From a virus (Duplodnaviria > Caudoviricetes), in the IMG/VR virus record IMGVR_UViG_3300020161_000151, positions 1-28,390 of that record: a DNA stretch of 28,390 bases; one strand, 5' to 3'. Position numbers and translations under genes: made by a program. The notes beneath the pieces were generated by a model. The model made no database searches, was not told where the DNA came from, and saw only the letters and a list, made by a program, of their open reading frames with translations. Positions 1 through 7,135 of the stretch are shown here, piece by piece. Position 1 is the first letter of the stretch. Each line of letters starts with the position of its first letter.

Positions 1-1083
1 AGCGCAAACGAGTTGTGGATGCCTCCTGCAAACCAAGCCTCGGTCGGTCAAGATGCCTTGATTCGCAACGTCGGCGCTGTTCCTATCACAGTCAAAGACT
101 TCACTGGCGCTAACACCATCGTCACGGTTGCCGCAGGCGAAGCCCAGTACATCTACATCATTGCTAATCCGACGACCGCAGGCACTTGGGGCATCATTGC
201 TTACGGTATTGGCTCCTCTAGTGCGGATGCCGCAACCCTTGCTGGCTATGGCTTGATTGCAATTGGTCAGACGCTGAACCAAGCCCAGCCCGTAACGACT
301 TTCTCGTCAAGCTACACCGCGGTCTTTGCTGACCTTGCAAATGCGTATGTGTGGACAGGCGGCGCAGGTACATTGACTTTGAGTTCTGCCGCTACGCTTG
401 GCAGTTCTTGGTTCATGCTTATCCGTAACAACGGAACTGGCACATTGGGAGTCACTGGAACTGGTGGAAACACCATCAACGGCTCGACCTCAATTGTTCT
501 TCAGCCTTCTGACTCTTGCGTGATTGTCTGCTCTGGCACGACTTTCTACACAGTTGGCTTGGGCAAATCAACTCAGTTTGCTTTCACTCAACTGACAAAG
601 TCAGTGACAACTGGCACATACACCCTGACGGCCTCTGAGGCGTCTAACGTGATACAGAAGTACACAGGGACTCTGACAGGCAATGTGACCATCATTGTCC
701 CCCCAACGGTTCAGGTGTACTACATTCAAAACGCCACAGTGGGTGGTGCAAGTAACTTTACCATCACGCTGACCACTAACTCTGGCGGCTCAGACGCAAC
801 GATTGCATCCAACCAGCAATCAACGCTGATTTGCGACTCTGTGAACTTAGTAAACGCCAACACGGTGCTGGCGGGTTCGTCCTCAATTGGTTTGATTGAT
901 GGAACGGTTGCCTCGCCTGCTCTGTACTTTGGCTCTGAGCCATCGACAGGTTTGTATCGCGCAGGTTCAGGCGAGTACAACATTTCAATTCTTGGTGTAT
1001 TGCGTTCAACACTAACCGCAGGTGGGTTATCGATTGTGGGTACAGGAAACTTCACGGGCGGTATCTCTGGCGGGACTTATTGA
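1..1083 (+). CDS. Tail fibre / tail-associated structural protein (5'-truncated)
   Basis: Frame is open from base 1. Rich in T/G/S/A beta-strand residues, with C-terminal 'DGTVASPALYFGSEPSTGLYRAGSGE...GGISGGTY' typical of phage fibre segments. Lies directly upstream of tail genes. Confidence 0.7.
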   Translation, partial: SANELWMPPANQASVGQDALIRNVGAVPITVKDFTGANTIVTVAAGEAQYIYIIANPTTAGTWGIIAYGIGSSSADAATLAGYGLIAIGQTLNQAQPVTTFSSSYTAVFADLANAYVWTGGAGTLTLSSAATLGSSWFMLIRNNGTGTLGVTGTGGNTINGSTSIVLQPSDSCVIVCSGTTFYTVGLGKSTQFAFTQLTKSVTTGTYTLTASEASNVIQKYTGTLTGNVTIIVPPTVQVYYIQNATVGGASNFTITLTTNSGGSDATIASNQQSTLICDSVNLVNANTVLAGSSSIGLIDGTVASPALYFGSEPSTGLYRAGSGEYNISILGVLRSTLTAGGLSIVGTGNFTGGISGGTY

Positions 1084-3329
1084 TGACCAAAAAAGTTTTT
1101 GCTATTGACACAGCCGCTGGCGTTCAGCGTGACGGTACTGTGTTCGATATGAGTTTTTACACGGATGGAAAGTGGGTTCGCTTCCAACGTGGTCGTCCCC
1201 GAAAGATTGCTGGCTACCGAGCCATCGTCAATGATGCCAAAGGTTTATCCCGAGGCATCTACGTCAACTCTGTTGATGGTATCAACCAAGTTTTTAACGG
1301 CTACAACAATGGCCTTGAAGTTGTCAACATCAACAATAATGGTGTTGGCGCTGGCACACTGCAAATTACCCTTGGCGCAAAGATTCTGACGCTAGGCTCA
1401 ATAACCGCTGGAGCGGGCTACACCAACGGAACTTACACCGCTGTCCCCTTGACTGGCGGCTCTGGCTCTGGCGCAATCGCCACCATTGTGGTTGCGGGCA
1501 ATATCGTCACCACCGTGACCCTGACCAACGGCGGCAACTATTACAAGGTTGGCGACGTATTGAGCGCAACAGCGGCAAGCATTGGCGGCACTGGCGCTGG
1601 GTTCTCGATTCCTGTGGCGACAACCAGTGGCTCATTTATTCCAAGCGATTTGAACCTGTGGCAGTTCGATTCCATGTTTGACTCGCAGGGTTCGGGCAAT
1701 CAGTTGTTGTTTGCGCACCCCGGTCAGAACTTAGCGCAAATCGACGCCACCACGGTTACAAGCGTGTTTGCAGGCCCAATCAATGGTACGGTGATGTCAC
1801 CCCTTGCCGACACCGCTGGAACGTCTCCATCGGGCGATTTGATTGAAGTGGCGGGTGGTTGCGTTGTGTTGCACCCCTACCTCTTTGTCTATGGTGACAA
1901 CGGCCTCATCAAGAACTGCGTTGCAGGCAATCCATTTAATTGGAACGGCGAAGACGCCAACGAGACCAACGTATCTTCTACAAAGATTGTTAAGGGTTTA
2001 CCAGTACGCGGTGGTTCAAACTCTCCCTCTGGTTTGTTCTGGGCTTTGGACTCTCTCATCCGAGTTTCATACGCACCCACTACCGTGACTGTTGGCGGAG
2101 CCGCTCGTACTTTCTACTGGCGCTATGACATCATCTCTAGCCAGTCTTCTATTCTGTCGAGCCAGTCTGTTATTGAGTATGACGGCATCTATTACTGGTG
2201 CGGCGTTGACCGCTTCTTGCTGTACAACGGCGTGGTCAAAGAGAACCCAAATACTTTCAACCAGAACTACTTTTTTGACAACCTGAACTACAACCAGCGT
2301 CAGAAGGTTTGGGCGCAGAAAGTGCCTCGCTATGGCGAAATCTGGTGGTTCTTTCCTTCAGGTAACAGTGAAGAGTGCAACGACGCGGTTATCTACAACG
2401 TGCGTGAGAATGTTTGGTATGACGCTGGTGGCGCTTTGGGCGCGTACCGCACCGCTGGTTACTTCTCTCAAGTGTTCAAGTACCCCATCAATGCTGGCGA
2501 AGACTTGACCACGCAAAGAACTTTGTTCATTGACAATATTGCAACGACAAACGGAAGCACCACCATAACCATGTCGGTTACCAACGAGATTACTGTTGGT
2601 CAATTGGTGGTGGCAACAGGTATTCCTACTGGTGCTTCTGTCTCAACCATTGTGGCAAATTCTGCCGCTACCACGGCAACAGGAAGCGTTGGCGGGGTGT
2701 CCATTGTGGTGGCAAGCGCTACAGGCATCTTGAGAAATCAATTGGTGACTGGTACAGGTATTGGTACAGGTGCAACCGTGGTGAGTGTTGTTGGTACAAC
2801 TGTCACCGTCTCGGTTGAGAACTCTGGCGCCGTATCTGGGGCGGTTGCTTTTGCGGGAACGACCGTCGTCGTATCAACGGCGGCAACCAACACGGGAATT
2901 GTTGTTGCTGAGTTCCAAGAAGTGCCAAACCGCATTACGTTGTGGCAACACGAGATTGGCACAGACGAAGTTATTGGTGAGTTTTCAAACGCCATTGAGA
3001 GTTCGTTCCAGACATCTGACTTGGGTTGGGTGCAGGGCGGGCCTTCACAATCGTCCCCTATGGGTGACAACTACTGGTTGCACTTAGAGCGGATAGAACC
3101 TGACTTCATCATGTCTGGCGAGATGACATTTCAAGTGACTGGGCGCTCATTTGCGCAGGCAGAGGACGTAACCTCCGAGCCGTATGTGTTTGGCCCAGAC
3201 ACCAAAAAGATTGACTTGAGAGAGCAACGCAGGGAACTGCGCTTGATATTCACAAGCAATGTGCAAGGCGGCGACTACCAACTCGGTAGGGTGCTGTTAA
3301 GCGCGAACGTGGGCGATGTGAGACCGTAA
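1083..3329 (+). CDS. Tail nozzle / packaged-DNA stabilization protein (P22 gp10-like) with inserted beta-rich modules
   Basis: ATG at 1083 overlaps the upstream TGA. N-term 'GVQRDGT...DGKWVRFQRGRPRKI', aromatic-rich core 'YYWCGVDRFLLYNGVV', 'YGEIWWFFPS', 'VIYNVRENVWY'. Two G/T/V-rich insertions. Family assignment is from recalled motif pattern and synteny. Confidence 0.6.
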   Translation: MTKKVFAIDTAAGVQRDGTVFDMSFYTDGKWVRFQRGRPRKIAGYRAIVNDAKGLSRGIYVNSVDGINQVFNGYNNGLEVVNINNNGVGAGTLQITLGAKILTLGSITAGAGYTNGTYTAVPLTGGSGSGAIATIVVAGNIVTTVTLTNGGNYYKVGDVLSATAASIGGTGAGFSIPVATTSGSFIPSDLNLWQFDSMFDSQGSGNQLLFAHPGQNLAQIDATTVTSVFAGPINGTVMSPLADTAGTSPSGDLIEVAGGCVVLHPYLFVYGDNGLIKNCVAGNPFNWNGEDANETNVSSTKIVKGLPVRGGSNSPSGLFWALDSLIRVSYAPTTVTVGGAARTFYWRYDIISSQSSILSSQSVIEYDGIYYWCGVDRFLLYNGVVKENPNTFNQNYFFDNLNYNQRQKVWAQKVPRYGEIWWFFPSGNSEECNDAVIYNVRENVWYDAGGALGAYRTAGYFSQVFKYPINAGEDLTTQRTLFIDNIATTNGSTTITMSVTNEITVGQLVVATGIPTGASVSTIVANSAATTATGSVGGVSIVVASATGILRNQLVTGTGIGTGATVVSVVGTTVTVSVENSGAVSGAVAFAGTTVVVSTAATNTGIVVAEFQEVPNRITLWQHEIGTDEVIGEFSNAIESSFQTSDLGWVQGGPSQSSPMGDNYWLHLERIEPDFIMSGEMTFQVTGRSFAQAEDVTSEPYVFGPDTKKIDLREQRRELRLIFTSNVQGGDYQLGRVLLSANVGDVRP

Positions 3330-3330
3330 C

Positions 3331-3591
3331 ATGGCGCTTGCAGTTGTCTACGACCCTCGCTATCACGACTTCCAGTCTTGGGCGTGCTTGATGTGCGAGG
3401 CGTATGCAGGGCAACAATTAGCCATTCCTAACCAGCAAACAGATTGGAAGGAGTGGGCGTCAGGGCTAAAGGCCATTGACGTGTTTACGAACGAGGGGAT
3501 ACCCGGCCCCTACATATTTGAGAACTGGCAAGACTGGGCTATGGCCCTAGTCGGAGCCGTCAATCAACCGACACAGGAACTGGCAACATGA
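3331..3591 (+). CDS. Small Trp-rich hypothetical virion-module protein
   Basis: 86 aa, starts 1 bp after the tail gene; its stop overlaps the ACP start (ATGA). Confidence 0.75.
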   Translation: MALAVVYDPRYHDFQSWACLMCEAYAGQQLAIPNQQTDWKEWASGLKAIDVFTNEGIPGPYIFENWQDWAMALVGAVNQPTQELAT

Positions 3592-3869
3592 ACTTCTTAG
3601 ACATATTCAATTATGTAGCAAAGGTGGCGCGACCCGCGCACGCAAAACAAGTCATCGCAGAGTCAATGGAGGACGTGTTTGCGGAAATTGGCTTGGACAG
3701 CCTAGATGGTTTGGTCATGCTGATGTACTTTGACGAACTCTACGGTATTGATGACGCTGTTAGCAAAGAGTGGACACCTAAGTCCGTGCAGGAAATCCAT
3801 GACCTCATCATGGCAAACAAAACCAAAGAGCCAACCTCAATGGAAGAAGTTGCCGAGGTCTGCAAATGA
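3588..3869 (+). CDS. Acyl carrier protein
   Basis: 93 aa, acidic. Canonical phosphopantetheine site 'EIGLDSLD' (Ser38), followed by helix II 'GLVMLMYFDELYGI' and 'SVQEIHDLI'. Adjacent to a ketosynthase. Confidence 0.88.
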   Translation: MNFLDIFNYVAKVARPAHAKQVIAESMEDVFAEIGLDSLDGLVMLMYFDELYGIDDAVSKEWTPKSVQEIHDLIMANKTKEPTSMEEVAEVCK

Positions 3870-4975
3870 TTTACCTCACGCACTACCGCACTGCATCTAC
3901 GAGCAACGTCGAGTTATTTGACGACATCATCTTTCCCCAGAAGGTGAACTGGTTTCCAGACACCTACAACCGCACAAAGTCTGGTCTGGTCTACGTCCCA
4001 CACAAGCTGGCAGACAAAGTGCTTGACCCTGAGTTGCTAGAGTATCTACGGGAAAACCCTGTAGGTAAGACAGCCTTCATTCTTGCTGGTGGCAACGCCC
4101 ACTTTGCAGGTATCGGTCAGAGGGCTTATGACTCTCGCCTGACCTACACCTACAAGTTCTTGCCATTCACGTTGACGCAGGTCTATGCAGGCCGCATTGC
4201 TCAGTCTTTTGGCGACATGGACATGGTCACCACGGATGCCAGCGCCTGCGCGTCTAGCCTCAAGGTAATGATGGATGTACAGAACCTCATACAGTTTTAC
4301 AACTTTGACCGTGTGATTGTGCTGACAGTTGAAGACGGCGTATCAAATGCGGTTTTAGAGTTCTTTGGAGACTCCAAGGCGGTACTTACAGAAAAGCAAG
4401 AACAAGAGGGCGTCAAGCCCTCTGCTTTTGACTCGACTAATTATGGCTTTCGCGTAGGTCAGGGCGCCGCCTTAGCGGTGTTTGAATCTAGTGAGGCGGT
4501 TGTTCAACAACAACTCAAGCCTCATGCGCGTTTGATGGGGGCGTACAGCGCATCAGAACGCTCTACAAACGCAATTGGACAGTGTGAGGATGGTGAGGGC
4601 TTCATCAACGCGATGGAAGGCGCTATGCACTATAGCAATATTTCCCCTGATGAGATTAAAATAGTCAAAACCCACGGTACTGGAACTGCGTCCAACAACA
4701 AGGCTGAAAAGAACGCCTTGAACCAAACGCTAAAGGCATTCGTTGCAACCTCGTATAAGCAGAAGATTGGTCATACGATGGGTAGCAGTGGATTGCTTGA
4801 GACACTTTTACTTTTAGATGACATTAGGGCTGGCGTTGTCCCTGCGATTGAGAACCGAACTGAAACCGATTCGGTATTCCTTTCGGAATCGACAACACCA
4901 CCGAATGGCTTAATAATGAGTCTTGCGGCGGGTATGGGGAACATCTATTCCGCCGCAATTTTTAAGGGACTTTGA
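3866..4975 (+). CDS. Beta-ketoacyl-ACP synthase (FabB/FabF-like ketosynthase)
   Basis: Catalytic Cys128 in 'DASACASSL', 'PSAFD...GFRVGQGAA', His270 in 'KTHGTGT', Lys298/His303 in 'SYKQKIGHTMGSSG'. C-terminal 'SLAAGMGN' corresponds to 'SNSFGFGG'. Confidence 0.93.
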   Translation: MIYLTHYRTASTSNVELFDDIIFPQKVNWFPDTYNRTKSGLVYVPHKLADKVLDPELLEYLRENPVGKTAFILAGGNAHFAGIGQRAYDSRLTYTYKFLPFTLTQVYAGRIAQSFGDMDMVTTDASACASSLKVMMDVQNLIQFYNFDRVIVLTVEDGVSNAVLEFFGDSKAVLTEKQEQEGVKPSAFDSTNYGFRVGQGAALAVFESSEAVVQQQLKPHARLMGAYSASERSTNAIGQCEDGEGFINAMEGAMHYSNISPDEIKIVKTHGTGTASNNKAEKNALNQTLKAFVATSYKQKIGHTMGSSGLLETLLLLDDIRAGVVPAIENRTETDSVFLSESTTPPNGLIMSLAAGMGNIYSAAIFKGL

Positions 4976-4976
4976 T

Positions 4977-5429
4977 ATGCAGATGGTAGACAGCAACCAA
5001 AAGAAACTGACAGGTGAGCAGATTATTGAAATCGCCGCCGCCAATACCAAGGTTGGTCGTCCTGTCAAGGAAGTCAAGGATATGTTGATGATTGAATTCA
5101 ATATGCCCAACACTTGGAAGATGCGGGAAGGCAATACTATCTTTATTTGCCATAAAAGCAAAGAAGCTGGTTATGGATACTTCCGCGCATTGAATGCTGA
5201 CACAGCGCAAAACTTCCTTCAAAGTAGCCGTGTATTTGCTGACGGTGCATACAAAGTCGGGTTTGACGTTCTGGTGACCCAGTTTCAAGAGCCAACCTTG
5301 TTGAATTTGTTCAAGATGATTTCGCGCAACCCAGTTCGTGAAGGCATGGGATACGCCGCCCAAAAAACAAGCGATGGTGGATTCCAAGTCACTTTAGTGC
5401 TTGGCCCAGCAAGAGGGGGTAGAAAATGA
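4977..5429 (+). CDS. Hypothetical protein, possibly degenerate GNAT-fold acyltransferase
   Basis: ATG 1 bp after the KS stop, ATGA overlap with the next gene, 150 aa. The alpha/beta pattern and position just before ejection genes match where podoviruses often carry GNAT-like genes. No clear acetyl-CoA motif, so the function is inference. Confidence 0.4.
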   Translation: MQMVDSNQKKLTGEQIIEIAAANTKVGRPVKEVKDMLMIEFNMPNTWKMREGNTIFICHKSKEAGYGYFRALNADTAQNFLQSSRVFADGAYKVGFDVLVTQFQEPTLLNLFKMISRNPVREGMGYAAQKTSDGGFQVTLVLGPARGGRK

Positions 5430-7132
5430 GTGCAGTTATTGAAGCCATCTCCGACGTTGTCGAAGGTATTTTTGACCTCGTTGGTGACGTTGTCGAAACA
5501 GTTGTTAATGTTGCCGAAAAGGTCATTGACACCGTTGCTGAGAATCCTTGGCTTATTGTTGCCGCGATTGCGGCCCCATACGCCCTAAGTGCGTTGGCGG
5601 CGGAGACCGCCGTTGTTGGGGTTGCTACTGCCGCAGAGACTGCAATTGCTGGCGAGGCTTTTGCCGCAAGTATTTCCGCTTTTGAGGTTGCTGGAGCCGC
5701 GGAGGCCATCTCTTCAGGTGTTGCCGTTCTTGAGGCCACTGGAGCCGCCACTGCCGTTGCAAGCGCAGAGACCGTTGCCGCAACGACTTTGATTGAAGCT
5801 GGCGCTACTGTTGAGGCCGCTAGTGCTGGCGCTTCTTTGGTTGCTGAGGGTGCATCAGTTGCAGAGGCGGTTACTACCGCATCGTCAGGAAGTGTTGGCA
5901 CGTCTAGCATTGTGGAGGCCGCATCGAGTACATGGGAGACCATGTCACAAGCCGCACAAAACTTTACGCAGAGTATTGGTGAGACGCTGGCCCCCGGGGC
6001 CGACTCCTCCATCCAAAAGATTGTTGGTCAAGTCGCTCAAAACACAGCCACAAATGGCGGTGACTTCCAAAAAGGTATTGAAGGCGCGTTCCTAAGTTAC
6101 GGCACTGGTGTCTTGGGCAGTCAAGTTGCCGACATCACTGGCTCTGACCTTGCAGGCCGCGTTGCTTCAAACGCAACCCGTCAAATGGCAAAAACTGGCG
6201 ATGTAAATTTAGCTAACTTGGCAGGTAGCGAACTTGGCAGGTATGTTGGCAGTGAAGTTGCTGACGAGACTGGTTCTGCCCTTGCAGGCAAAGCCGCCGC
6301 AAGTGTTACTGGTAGCACAATCGCAGGCAAGGACGCTAAAACTGGTTTGCTAAAACTTGGCATCAGTGAGGGTGTTGGCTCGGCATTTGATGCCGCCTCT
6401 GATTTGTTCGACGCCCCTGAAGCAGAGACCGTCAATGACATTCGTAATGAACAAGAAGGAATTGACGCCGCATCCCCTGCCGCTCTTGAGGACTCACCTA
6501 CCCGCGGATTGGGTGTTGTCTCTGATGGGTCTGCAATTAAAGTAGACGAAAGCGATGACGCTCAACAGGCAAAGTTTGAGGAAATTCCTGATGACTTGTC
6601 AGATATTGCCAATGTAAAGGCTGATGCAGGTGAGCCTGCCGCTAAACCAGACGTTCTAGCAGAAATTGAAAAAATCACTGCACCTGACGATGACAAGAAT
6701 CTACAGGCGCCACGTTCTATGGCTCCAACAGTTGCGCCCACAGAGCCTGCTGGTGGACTGAACGTCATTCAAAAGACGCAAGAGCCACAAATTGACCCAG
6801 TTACTGGTGAACTCACCACGCCCCCTTCTGGTATGCCATTGGCAGGAAGTGGCATTGTATCTAGCCTTCTTAAAGGCAAAGTTACTGGCGCATTGAATCA
6901 AGCAGTAGCACCACCACCACCTCCAAAGAAGAAGGTTGCAAAGGCGCCTGTGGGCGGTTTAAATGCAGTGAAAGCACCTCCACAAAAGGTCGATGTGTCA
7001 ACACTCACTCCTATTGCTAAGGCTCCTGCTAAAAAGAAGGTAGTTCCAAAAACTACTGTAAAACCAGTGGCTACTTCAGCACCAGTAGCAAACATCAGTG
7101 GCTTATCATCACTACTCGGAACAGGCGGATAA
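5426..7132 (+). CDS. Putative internal virion / ejection protein
   Basis: Amphipathic acidic N-terminus, hydrophobic segment 'PWLIVAAIAAPYALSALAA', long Ala/Gly-rich region and Pro/Lys-rich C-terminus. Located after tail genes. Confidence 0.6.
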   Translation: MSAVIEAISDVVEGIFDLVGDVVETVVNVAEKVIDTVAENPWLIVAAIAAPYALSALAAETAVVGVATAAETAIAGEAFAASISAFEVAGAAEAISSGVAVLEATGAATAVASAETVAATTLIEAGATVEAASAGASLVAEGASVAEAVTTASSGSVGTSSIVEAASSTWETMSQAAQNFTQSIGETLAPGADSSIQKIVGQVAQNTATNGGDFQKGIEGAFLSYGTGVLGSQVADITGSDLAGRVASNATRQMAKTGDVNLANLAGSELGRYVGSEVADETGSALAGKAAASVTGSTIAGKDAKTGLLKLGISEGVGSAFDAASDLFDAPEAETVNDIRNEQEGIDAASPAALEDSPTRGLGVVSDGSAIKVDESDDAQQAKFEEIPDDLSDIANVKADAGEPAAKPDVLAEIEKITAPDDDKNLQAPRSMAPTVAPTEPAGGLNVIQKTQEPQIDPVTGELTTPPSGMPLAGSGIVSSLLKGKVTGALNQAVAPPPPPKKKVAKAPVGGLNAVKAPPQKVDVSTLTPIAKAPAKKKVVPKTTVKPVATSAPVANISGLSSLLGTGG

Positions 7133-7135
7133 AAA

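Noticed and set aside
3588-4975. Host fab operon fragment or chimeric assembly
   Set aside because: The genes overlap or abut phage genes on both sides, lack GATC like the phage, and have no fabD/fabG/fabH neighbours. Read-level confirmation is still desirable.
4923-4976. Upstream starts given by the ORF track (also 16804, 17109, 17990, 18420, 20634, 20918, 21320, 21880, 23078)
   Set aside because: Downstream ATG/GTG starts with SD or stop-start overlaps fit better; the extensions overlap neighbouring genes or regulatory elements.
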